Source: Phoronis australis
Taxonomy: Eukaryota > Animalia > Phoronida
Length of the DNA: 64,000 nt
Assembly (NCBI GenBank): GCA_002633005.1
Contig: NMRA01000078.1
Location: 1,029,508 to 1,093,507 of the forward strand
Direction: 5' to 3'
Positions 41,201-50,696 of the stretch are shown here, one piece after another (within the stretch, counting starts at the first letter, position 1; each line of letters begins with the position of its first letter). The notes beneath the pieces are model-generated. The model was not told the DNA's origin. It worked only from the letters and a program-made list of their open reading frames with translations, and made no database searches. Position numbers and translations under genes: made by a program.

Positions 41201-44200
41201 GTCCTGATTTTCCAAAATTTCTCAGTTTCCACGACCAGTTAATTATGGGAAGTCAACTGCTGGATTTACGACCTTTGTTAAACCTGGCCCCAATGGCAGA
41301 TATTCCATCTGTGTATGGCTTATTTACTGAATGAAATGCTTATTTGGCTCACATTAGAGGTTGACGTGTAACTTGTACTTTTACTCACTATGATTCTTAT
41401 GGTCCAGAAACTGGTGACAGTAGCAGCGTCGTGGCCGCAGTTGTGGGAACAGTCGGAGGATTTGGATTGCTGTTGGTAGCCATATTGGTTTACCTGCGTC
41501 ATAAATCAAGACCGGGTAAGTAATTGAGTGGTCAAGTTTATATTTTGATGTCTGCCAAGTTTAGAATCTAAATTGTTCTCGTTATACGCCCACATATTGC
41601 CGTCATCTCTGTCTGGGCATCCAGCATCTGCGGCTGTATCTTCGAAACCCCTTGCAGGATCTTAATGAGATTTGGCAGGTGTGTTCTTATGGGGTTGACG
41701 ACAGAGGGCGATGATTTTCAGACCGATCCATAGCTATATCTCCAATGCCCTCTGCAGGATTTTTATTAAGTCTAGCATGTGTATTTATATGAAGTTGGCA
41801 ATGGAAGACGACACCTTTCAGACGGATCCGACGAACACTTTGCCTAGTGTTAATATCAATTTTTCCTTGTTTTCCTCTGTTTTTCTGAAGTTCCTTGACG
41901 AATTTTCATGAAATTTGGTAAATAGCTTTTTGTTAAAAAATGATGATGTTTCCCGTATTCAGACGGCTCGACATATTTTGTGCCATCTACTTGCCATTTT
42001 TACTGTTTTCTAGTCTGTTTTTGGCATCTGCCCCTGTCAACCAAACCACTCTTAGGATGATTGTGGCAATTGGCTTATGTGTTCGTAGTGTGAAGAGGAC
42101 GGCTGATTATGATTTGTAATGATTTTGATTACTGTGGTGCCTCCTAGTGGCAGTTTTTTTTTTGCGCCCATAGCTGTATTTCCTAAGCCCTCTGCAGAAT
42201 CTTCATTAAATTTAGCAATTAAGTATATTATATGGAGTTGACAATAGAAGACGACAACTTTCTGACGGATTCGATGAATGCTGTGCCCCCTAGTGGCAAT
42301 TTGATTTTTTCCGTTTTCCACTATTTCTCTAAAGTTCCAAGTTTCAAGAAATGTCACTGACTTAGCTTTCCTTTAAAGAAAAGGTGACATTTTTCTGTTT
42401 TTGATAGATTCGAAGTATTTTGCAGCATCTTGTGGGTATTTTTACGATACAAATAAATACACCTTGAAGCACAGCATTAGCAGTGCATTCGTGGGCGCAT
42501 TTCAACGCTCTGCGTTTTTCTTTCGACATCATTGCTAAAATCTGTCCTGGGTGCTCATCCGTAAGAAAATGATACTTGGCCCTAATGGCATATGGTACAT
42601 GTATGTTTTGACGAATATTCATTTTAATTTTATCAAACTAGTAATCCAAAGATGAATAGACGCATTATGTGTCTTTGGGGGAGGGGGTGTGGGGAGGTTG
42701 GGGATTGGTGAACATTTTTAACATTTGCTCTGATGTGCTAATGCTTCACTTTTTTGTTAAGTCATTCAAGGCAGGACTTATTCATGACAAAAAGCCTAGT
42801 GCAGTCGTCTCTTCTTTCACAATGCAAGGAGTGTGCTGTCACTGTCATTATGTCGTGCTTTACTCTAACTTGTAGAGTCCTTTGATGTGATGAGCCCCAG
42901 CCTGCACTCACATCAGAACGGCCTGGCGACTACAAATCATGTTATTGTCGGTAAGTTTTCTCATGCAGCTGACCAAAACATATTGAGCACGACATCACGT
43001 CACGAGTGATGAGCACAGTGCCATGTCAACAGGTGTTTAGCGGGTAGTTATGTCAACATCAATACTGTTCAGCATTTAGTAGGTGTTGAGCAAGGTGGCT
43101 ATCTCAACAACTGATGAGCAAGGTACCACATCAGCAAGTGTTGAGCAAAGTGGCTATCTCAACAGCTGATGAGCAGGGTACCACATCAGCAAGTGTTGAG
43201 CAAAGTGGCTATCTCAACAGCTGATGAGCACGGTACCACATCAGCAAGTGTTGAGTAAGGTTAACCTAACTCTTCACCAGTTATCCGTTTTCTGAAGCCA
43301 GTTTGAGAAATTGGCAAATATAGTCCACTAAATATCCATCTATTCTAGACAGTGTTTTATTGCTGTGTAGTCATTGCTGTTGTGGTAATTGCTGTGCTCC
43401 TCACAAAAGGACCTGAGGTCAGTGTTTTTGTAACAAATAGGCATCTTAATGACAGCAGTTCCTGTACAACTCTACAAGTTTCTAATGCATTGAATTTTGA
43501 TGTCATATCAACATTGAGAATTGTTGGAAAATAAATTTATTATTTACGACTTTGCAAACTTGAGTTCGACTTTGCGCAGGTTGTTCATGTTATTAGGTGA
43601 TGACTGAATTGTAACATAATGCTTGGGAATATCAAATTTGTGAGTTTTCAAGGTGCAAGTTGAGACACAGGGTATGTTCTTTTTATTTCGATGTTATACG
43701 ATATTTTTCATTTCGGCATTCGGTTTAGGAACCACTTCTAAGTAATCCGGCTCAGATGTCTTGCAAATGGCACCTAGGCCTTATTTATGTTGTTTTGACG
43801 ATAATTTGTTTTTTAATTTCAGACACAACTCCCAAGGTACTGTTGTTATATGCCGATGATATGACAGAGGTGGGTGGGTGCTTTGCTGACTACTTAAGAC
43901 TGGAATGGCAATGCGATGTTTACTGTGAGAAAGAGCTGCCAAAGGGAAGCTCATCTGAGTTGTGGGTGAAGACCAGTTTCAACGAGAGCAATTTCGTCGT
44001 GTTTCTTTGTAGCTCGAGGTCGCGTGTCCTCTTGCAGGAGTCGAAGGCTTGTGGTCAGTGTTCCATGTTTGTGCTGGGCGTGTGTAGAGTACGGAGGGAG
44101 ATGGCGGAGTTAACCATGCCTAAGAAGATTGTCAGCGTTTACTTTGACACGCACAGTTTGTCGGACATTCCTTACCAACTAGACAAACCTGGTATCAAGA

Positions 44201-45036
44201 AATACTGTCTCATGCGCGACATGGCCGATCTGTACAGTCACTTTCATGGCACCACCGCCATTAACAACGTACACCTGCGCCCCACCACCTACATGCTGTC
44301 CCCCTCTGGCAAGAGACTCTACTCCGCACTGGAGATGCTCAAGAGTGCTGGCTACACCAACTCCCACTCCGGTTTGGCCAAGAGTGACGGCCATGAGCTT
44401 CTACCCTTGGTCGTTCCGCCGAGCCCTCCACGCAGCTACGCCACCGATGATGTCATGCGGACCATGCGATCGTGGAACGAAGAAGACGACGACAAATGTC
44501 TTCAGTGGGTTAGTCAGATTAATGGTCACTCCCCACTGAGTGACTGCATTGAGCGTCACAATAGCAACGATGATTTTGCTGAACATTACAGTGATAGTGG
44601 CCATGGGTTATTCCATCCAGACTACAACCCTTCGTATCACCTGCCACTGGACAGCAAGTCATGTGACCCTGTAGCCCCTACTGACCACTTCCAGTCTCTG
44701 ATCATCAAGGACCCTGCCAGTCAGAGTATATATGCGAACAGTGACCAGCATCCGAACGATGCCAGCCTCCATTCCTGTCACCACGTTCTCCCAGGCGACG
44801 ACCGTAAACCTTCGGCGGAGAATGCTCACCACCAGTTTTGTACTGCATTCAACAATTCAGCCTTTGGCACTGAGTTGGCCTTAGATGACCTCTCAGAACA
44901 CCAAGAACTATTGGCCCCTGATGAGAAGAGACAATTCAGCTGCAACGATGATGGTTACTTCTCCAAGACTTCAGAAGGTGGCGCTGAAGTCATGATGTTA
45001 CTGCAGCAGAAGGTACCCATTGAAAGCAGTGAGTAG
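20191..45036 (+). CDS. IL17RD: IL-17 receptor family (IL-17RD/Sef-like) SEFIR-domain type I membrane receptor, multi-exon gene span; 5' signal-peptide exon not identified
   Basis: Exons 20191-20245, 25638-25763, 27326-27429, 29198-29315, (30589-30761 or 36472-36647), 38193-38255, 39041-39119, 40836-40946, 41408-41515, 42876-42950 and 43823-45036 all have ag/gt boundaries with matching phases and join into one frame of 2229 nt (742 aa + stop). Motifs resemble recalled IL-17RD: WKP, APPKFGF vs APHNFGF, GVSQGRY vs NVSPGDY, PKVLLLY vs PKVFLCY. Orthology is inferred, not tested. Confidence 0.8.
23308..23621 (+). pseudogene. THAP zinc-finger domain remnant from a DNA transposon
   Basis: CAMKDC...HLIPQDKDKRRLWLSATNR..P....VCSEH fits the THAP C2CH with conserved P and W; in-frame TAA at 23365 and no intact start; interrupted by the element at 23622. 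Confidence 0.75.
23622..25001. mobile_element. Non-autonomous Tc1/mariner-pogo-type DNA transposon (1.38 kb), related to 1954-4372
   Basis: TA|CCGTACTCATC...GATGAGTACGG|TA imperfect TIR; subterminal CCATGCTCGGCTTACCG(T/C)CCACCCC-like repeats are the reverse complement of the motif in the 1954-4372 element. Confidence 0.85.
25638..25763 (+). CDS. IL17R-like exon, FnIII-like module 1 (ASVFRRLPNAWDHASLRGINGSRTDRVYRLSFSWLPPVLGE)
   Basis: ttttctacag| acceptor, AAG|gtaact donor; phase 1 to 1; LSFSWLPP is a FnIII B-strand W-x-P-P motif. Frame differs from the ORF track. Confidence 0.8.
27326..27429 (+). CDS. IL17R-like exon, module 1 (VAAKVSAFLLTFRNRQSNLSRCYFVEVQGEMTSDQ)
   Basis: ttcttctccag| acceptor, CAG|gtacgt donor; phase 1 to 0; alternating hydrophobic strand plus Cys. 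Confidence 0.8.
29198..29315 (+). CDS. IL17R-like exon, end of module 1 (IFSSNCFPVEKQSKHILDLTILPQGTTTRYYATVPDNID)
   Basis: ctttcgttccag| acceptor, ATG|gtaatt donor; phase 0 to 1; F-x-x-x-C-F ... LP ... VPD pattern typical of the IL17R D1 end. Confidence 0.85.
30589..30761 (+). CDS. IL17R-like exon, module 2 first half, variant A (ESHSARLWKPVIVRRVAYATKELTIYINPAPPKFGFQWYEMYLVRLPDYYKAGQVVDF)
   Basis: gttatcag| acceptor, phase 1; donor TTC|gtatga (or CAG|gtagtt at 30749), both phase 0; WKP and APPKFGF motifs; homologous to 36472-36647. Confidence 0.8.
36472..36647 (+). CDS. IL17R-like exon, module 2 first half, variant B (ENRVPANAWKPSMARRVNYKRREVTIYIQPAPKRYQFNNFELILFKKDIDMQHGCYDLP)
   Basis: ttttaattag| acceptor, phase 1; CCG|gtttgt donor, phase 0 (alternative TGT|gtaaag at 36653); homologous to 30589-30761. 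Confidence 0.8.
38193..38255 (+). CDS. IL17R-like exon, module 2 (TQTTTLNFTFKGVSQGRYFLR)
   Basis: actttgcag| acceptor, CGG|gtaagg donor; phase 0 to 0; FnIII V-x-x-G-x-Y tyrosine-corner motif. Confidence 0.85.
39041..39119 (+). CDS. IL17R-like exon, end of module 2 (VTPESCGGPGPDHECFPTDTDLFRMF)
   Basis: tgtcctttag| acceptor, TCG|gtgagt donor; phase 0 to 1; Cys pair. Confidence 0.85.
40836..40946 (+). CDS. IL17R-like exon, Pro/Ser/Thr/Ala-rich juxtamembrane stalk (GPDTPEFPIVVPPSPPSTAPRPDSTPAAATTAAESVE)
   Basis: ttctcctttag| acceptor, AAA|gtgagt donor; phase 1 to 1; mucin-like composition. Confidence 0.8.
41408..41515 (+). CDS. IL17R-like transmembrane exon (TGDSSSVVAAVVGTVGGFGLLLVAILVYLRHKSRP)
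   Basis: ggtccag| acceptor, CGG|gtaagt donor; 23 hydrophobic residues followed by basic stop-transfer RHKSR; phase 1 to 1. Confidence 0.9.
41582..42523 (+). mobile_element. HINE/DINE-1-like element, copy 2 (internally deleted), in the intron after the TM exon
   Basis: Same ends (ATACGCCCACATATT ... GCATTCGTGGGCGCATTTCAACGCTCTGCGTT) and the same internal units as copies 1 and 3. Confidence 0.75.
42876..42950 (+). CDS. IL17R-like intracellular juxtamembrane exon (ESFDVMSPSLHSHQNGLATTNHVIV)
   Basis: ctaacttgtag| acceptor, TCG|gtaagt donor; phase 1 to 1; joins G|AC=Asp into the SEFIR exon. Confidence 0.8.
43083..43255. repeat. Minisatellite, 55-bp unit x3 built from two hairpin-forming subunits of about 27 bp
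   Basis: Units start at 43083, 43138, 43193 and 43248; stems TGTTGAG/CTCAACA and GCTGATG/CATCAGC. Confidence 0.9.
43823..45036 (+). CDS. Terminal exon: SEFIR domain plus C-terminal tail
   Basis: ttttaatttcag| acceptor inside the 426-aa ORF; PKVLLLY, CFADYL..CDV, WV..SFNESNFVVFLCS, KIVSVYFD...DIP, KYCLM...LYSHFH and Y..SPSGKRLY match SEFIR boxes of IL-17RD/RA; GC-richer coding composition; TAG at 45034-45036. Confidence 0.93.
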
Positions 45037-45324
45037 TACCCTCTCTGCCCTTTTTGTCGCCGTTGCTGGAGACCTGTCTGTGGTGCCCATGGCAACACAG
45101 TTCACATATTAAGGCTGCTTCATGTTGTAAACGGGATTCTTTTTTACTTTTGCCTTGAACCAACGTGTCAAATTGCCGTCTGACCAACCTCAAGTTATTT
45201 CGCTAGTGGTGTACAGTGTGTGACCAAAATCATGATTAATGTATTCCTGGTGCTCTCAAAGTGACGGACACCACGAGTTGTCCGTTTCTGGTGCACCGTG
45301 TCGCCAACTGTGAGTTGTCCATCA

Positions 45325-45490
45325 CTGGTACACTCTGTGTGGCCAACATCACGCGTTGTTCATTACTAGTACACTCTGTGTGGCCAACATCAAGAGTTGT
45401 TCATTACTAGTACACTCTGTGTGGCCAACATCATGCGTTGTTCATTACAAGTACACTCTGTGTGGCCAACACAATGTGTTGTTTATTTTT
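45325..45490. repeat. Minisatellite, 41-bp unit x4 in the 3' UTR
   Basis: CT(A/G)GTACACTCTGTGTGGCCAACATCA...GTTGTTCATTA-like units starting at 45325, 45366, 45407 and 45448. Confidence 0.9.
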
Positions 45491-46708
45491 TGTACAGTCA
45501 CTCTGTGTGACTTGGTAGCCTTAATGCTCTCCCTGGCAATGGAAACAAAATTATGGCCTAGTAGGGACATTTAAAGCCGATTTTGTAGAGATAATTGACT
45601 TAGATTACGCTTTTGCCGTTTCTTTGGACTGCTTAACAGAAGCCTTATGCAATTTAAAGCAACCATCCAACACTGTTGTAGCTTCAATTTATGCATAAAT
45701 ATTTAAATTGAACTGGGAGGATTTTCCAACTCTTTGGTCCAGGCTCTGTATGTAGGCTTGCATGTTGGTTGTAAATGCACTTGTTAGTATTGTTACTTAT
45801 GGACAATCCAGGCGTTACAAGTAATTGCTCAGGGTGGTTAAATTTAGGGAGAGTGAATTTTTGTTGACTGTTGTTGCCACGTCATCTCAGTGAATAGGAA
45901 TCGGGCTCCAACAGGAGTCGCCTGCAAGCAAGACATACAGTAGGATTGGCGAACGTCGGATGTGCATGAGATGGATCCTTGGGGGAATCCTGACTAATGA
46001 GTTCCACTGTGACCCTTGACCTGCACTCCACATGTTAGTATGAAGTGTCAGTCCTGCAAAACTGGTTGGATTCAGTTTATGCCAGTTTGACTGTAGATGA
46101 CTTCAAAAGCAAAGTTAAGGTGAAATGAGTTTTGGTAGCTTTCTGTAAAATTAGAGATTACTAAGAACTGAAATGGAAGCTGTGAATGGTTGTCAGTTGT
46201 TTGCTTTCAAAATTCTAATGTGCCATTATGTTTAATGTTTGTGAACTAAGATTGTTGTTTCATTGTTATTAACTGATCTTTGATGAGTGTAATTATTGTG
46301 TTATTTTGAATAGCTGGCTTTAAGCCAGGTTGTTGCCAGTGCTGTAACCATTCCTGTGAGTGCGGTGCGCCAAGCGTGCCGAATCGTCTGTTGGTCTTCT
46401 CTGAAGATGTCGCTGCACAAGAATCAAGTTCGTGTGGCTGTCGGCGAACTCGCTTTCGTTTCGAAGCGCACCTGTGTGTATAGTGGTCTGAGGAAGTTCA
46501 TATATTTAGCTATAATTTAGAATACGGTATCTGAGTTAATATTAGTGCACTTAATGAAATAATTTTGATAGAGAATTAGGAAACGTGTTTGTTCCAACTT
46601 TCGCAGAACAGCGAGGGAAGTGCCGTGGGGATGCTTAGTTAAGTCCCCTCTCAGCGCCGGATCACATTGGCCGACAAGAGAAACACCGACGACCTTGCAT
46701 GTCATTTT

Positions 46709-46900
46709 TGGAGATAGTGCGAGTGTGTTATACATATACCTGGAGATAGTGCGAGTGTGTTATACATAGGCCTGGAGATAGTGCGAGTGTGTTACACATA
46801 GACCTGGAGATAGTGCGAGTGTGTTACACATAGACCTGGAGATAGTGCGAGTGTGTTATACATTGACCTGGAGATAGTGCGAGTGTGTTATACATTGACC
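46709..46900. repeat. Minisatellite, 32-bp unit x6
   Basis: TGGAGATAGTGCGAGTGTGTTA(T/C)ACATAGACC-like units at 46709, 46741, 46773, 46805, 46837 and 46869. Confidence 0.95.
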
Positions 46901-48518
46901 GACTGATTTAAACTCCACGGCAGTAAAACTGTTCCATATCTATTTTCAGCTGATCATTGCTAGTATATATGATGGGCTTGTTGGACTCAGCGGTCCAAAA
47001 ATCTAACCTTCGAACTCCACTTTGAAACGCTACTTACTTTTGAAAATTTCTGTTCTATTTAGTTCTAATTCAGTGAAGACGCGTTTTTTCGATTTTGTGT
47101 TCGAGTCCATCTTAGTTAAAACAGTTGATTGGAATCGAGGTTTGCTGGTCCCTGAGTCCATGCAAACAGTACTCCAGATTTTGAGATCAAACTAGTCTAG
47201 TTCTTGTAGCGTTTCTGTTACGGTTATCAAGTGTTCATCTGCCTAAGTCATATTGTATTTGAGCTCACAAGCATGTTTAAATTTTTTACAATACTTGGTA
47301 GACTCAGTGACATGAAATGTCAAAACTAAATTGGAGTTCCAGTTGAGGGGATTTCGGGGCCCTGGCGTGAAGTGTGACTTAAAGTCATAGTACCTCAATG
47401 TTCGTGGAAGATTATTATACTACATGTATGTGTAGAACTCCTGGTTTTTGGCCAGTTTTGTCTTTGTCTTAAGTGAACAATCGTGCCTGATGTTGTTTTT
47501 TTCACTAGGCTGTTGAATTTTCACTAAAGTATTGGGACCATTAATGGGTCTGTTCTTATTATTAAGTCACTGTGTACCTGAAGTTGTACGACGGCTTCTG
47601 TAGAGGTAACGCCCATGGACCTTGTTTTTCTGTGGGTGTAATTCATCCATCTTTTAGGTGACTGTGCTGGAAATATAAGTGTTAGTCATTGCTTGTTTGT
47701 ACGTTTAGTATAGTGTAATTAGTCATCTTTTTATTATAGTAAGATGACCGTATTATCGTTTAAGTTTGTTGTATGCCATTTTATTTTAATATTATTTTTC
47801 GTGGCCAGTTAGTGTAAAATGTGCAAGTTTCTCAATACGTCTTATGAAGCACTGAGTGCTGCAGCAGGACCTGTTAGTTGTAAGAATCCCGGTGTAATGT
47901 ACAGGACAGAGTGTTCCCCGGTCTCAATGTTGCACAAGGGTGTTTTTCAGGCCCGTAGTTTGAGTTTAGACAAGATTGTCTTCATTGACGCCCTCCCCTC
48001 CCACGTATCGGGTCGCGGCACCATTTTCGCTACCCCCCTTACCGACCATCGTCTCGAGATCTTAACCCCGCACCCCTGCGCTCCATCATTCGCACCTGGT
48101 GCGATAAATTAAGTATGCGGCACTCTGCCCTTCTTACTGTGGCGTATGGATGGTTACGGGTTCGTACAGCTTATCTGATATTCCACACACTTCGTATGTC
48201 GGACACGTAACCTCTCAGTTAACAAATGCATGGACACTGGTATGGAGGCAACTTAGTCCTTGTACACCGGGCTGCCCACAAGCTAAGGCACACTCGAGCG
48301 TCAGTGTTCGTGCGGGGTGGCTCCGCCTGTGGGCAATTTATTTGATTCAACTTTTCGTACAATCAGCTCTACTTTTCTGTGAATGGAAGCTCATAATATC
48401 CTAGTGGGATTAAATTGTTCTTTTTGATTTTTGTTGTAACTGAAGTATTTTGTTATATTGACGATACAGGCCAGTAACATTGATAATTGTGGGACGTACT
48501 TTAATGTTGGATTGTATA

Positions 48519-48524
48519 AATAAA
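48519..48524 (+). terminator. Candidate polyadenylation signal of the IL17R-like gene (3' UTR of about 3.5 kb)
   Basis: AATAAA at the end of a long T/G-rich + strand stretch following the stop codon; cleavage site not verifiable. Confidence 0.4.
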
Positions 48525-48551
48525 GAAGTCTTAAGAAGTACCAGATGTTGA

Positions 48552-50279
48552 TTTTTATGCGCCCACATATTTATATGTGGACGCATTATGATGTCATCTC
48601 CGTCCGTCCGTCAGGCATCCGTCCGGTGTCCATCCGATGTCCGCTCGCTGCTCTATCTCCAAAACCCTTTGACTTACGTTCATGAAATTTGGCTCATATG
48701 TTCCATTCATGAATGGGACGGCATGAGCGAACTTTCAGATGGATCCGATTGCCGTTGTGCCCCCTAGTGGCAATTTTAGTTTTTACACTTACCTTTGTAT
48801 CTTCAAAAGTCCGGAACTGATTTTCATGAAATTAGGTATGTAGGCACCTATTAGTGAGATGACGCTATCCTCTCGTTTTCGTATGGATTCGACGTAGTTT
48901 GCGCCACCTAGTGGCCATTTTTACTGTTTTTGAGTCTTTTTTTGCGTCCACCCCTCTGTCAACGGCCCCTCAAAGGATGATTGTGAAAATTGGCATGTAT
49001 GTGCTTACTATGAAGCGGACGGTTGACGATGATTTTTTGACGACTGTGGCGCCTCCTAGTGGCAGTTTTGTTTTTTCTTTGCGCCTATGGCTGTATCTAA
49101 TAAACCATTCGCAGGATCTTTACGAAATTCAAAAAGTGTATTTATACTCGATAATGTTAACAATGGACGACGACGACTTTTGGAGAGTTTGACTACAGGT
49201 GTGCCCCCTAGTGGCAATTTTATTTTTTTAGGTTTACCTTTGTATCTTCAAAAGTCCATAAATGATTTTCATGAAATTTAATATGTAGGCACTTATTAGT
49301 GAGGTGACGCTATCCTCCCGTTTTTGGATGGATTGATATAGTTTGTGCCACCAAGTGGCCATTTTTACTGTTATCGAGTCTGTTTTTTGCGTCCACTCCT
49401 CTATCATCCAAACCGCTCAAAGGATGATTGTGAAAATCTATAAAGAGGACAGTTGACGATGATTTTCCAACGATTTCGACTACTGTGTTGCCTCCTAGTG
49501 GCAGTTTTGTTTTTGTTTTGCCAATGGCTGTATTTCCTAAACCTTTCGCAGGATCTTTACTTAATTTAGCAAGTGTATTTGTATGATGTTGACTACAGAT
49601 GACTACGACTTTCGGACAGATCTGACTACTGCTGTGCCCCCTAGTGGCAGTTTTAATTGTTTACGTTTAGCTCAGTATCTTCAAAGGTCCTCAACAGATT
49701 TTCATAAAATTTTAAATTTGGGCGTCTATTGGTGTGATGACGCTATCTTCCTGTTTTTGGATGGAGATGAGGTATTTTGCACCACCGAGTGGCCATTTTT
49801 TGCTGTTTTCAAATCTTGTTTTTGTTGTCCACCCCTGTATCAACCAAATCATTTGAAAATTGGCACATATGTTCTCAGTGTGAAGATGACCTTTGATGAT
49901 GGTGATTGACTACTGTGGCGCCTCCTAGTGGTAGTTTTGTTTCGCGCCCATAGTTGTATCTTCTAAAACCACTGCAGGATCTTTACTAAATTTAGTAAGT
50001 GTATTGATATGAAGATACCAACAGACGACCACGACTTTCAGGCGGATCCAACGGACACTGTGCCCACTAGTGGCAATTTCATTTTATTCTGTTTTCCTTT
50101 GTTTCTCGGAAGTTCCTTGACAGATTTTTATGAAATATGGCATGTTCCTGTTTTTGAATGGATTGTATGTTTTTGCGTCATCTAGCGGCCATTTTTATGA
50201 TACAAATAAATAACCCTAAAAGCACACCATTTGCAATGCATTCGTGGGCACATTTCAACGCTCCGCGTTGTTCTTGTTT
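48552..50279 (+). mobile_element. HINE/DINE-1-like element, copy 3 (best preserved)
   Basis: 5' hairpin ATGCGCCCACATAT-TT-ATATGTGGACGCAT, (CCGT)n microsatellite, 3' subTIR GTGGGCACAT, perfect hairpin CAACGC-TCC-GCGTTG (50256-50270), ends in TT. Confidence 0.85.
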
Positions 50280-50412
50280 AGTAAGTTGGCGTCATTCAAA
50301 TTTTCCACGATCAAAACAATGACGAATGTACCACTAAAAATGTTTTGAGATAGGCTACATTTTCCTTTGGAACATATTGTTGGAGCGACGTTTTATACGT
50401 TGAATAGTGTTG

Positions 50413-50696
50413 TATGCGCGCACCCAGCCTAAAACATGGGGGGGTTCGAATTTTTGAGAATAGACCTTTTACTAAAGTAAAAAAATGTGGACCATTTCCT
50501 AAAATAAAAAAACTGGGTACGTTCATGACTTGTGCATTCATCGAACTTTGTTAGTTCCTGCCTTTTCGGTGGACTTTTGTGTCGTTTTCTACTTTTCGGA
50601 CTTTTTCCCTCTGAGGCGAAACTTTTTGCCCACTTCGCGGCCAAATGGGGGTGGGGCTCGTTCGAGCCCCAACCCCCCCTCCTGGGTGTGCCCATG
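50413..50696. mobile_element. Small MITE-like element
   Basis: Imperfect TIR ATGCGCGCACCCAG / CTGGGTGTGCCCAT (12/14), internal hairpin GGGGCTCG-TT-CGAGCCCC; TSD unclear. Confidence 0.5.

Noticed and set aside
43110-43250. Hammerhead ribozyme (repeated CTGATGAG)
   Set aside because: No stem II followed by GAAA, so the catalytic core is incomplete.
43756-43822. Hydrophobic N-terminus of the 426-aa ORF as a signal peptide or TM
   Set aside because: It is the intron polypyrimidine tract read in frame; the real acceptor is at 43822 and the TM exon is 41408-41515.
46709-46900. CRISPR-like array (also 19770-19855, 43083-43255, 45325-45490)
   Set aside because: Head-to-tail repeats with no unique spacers, no cas genes, eukaryotic context.
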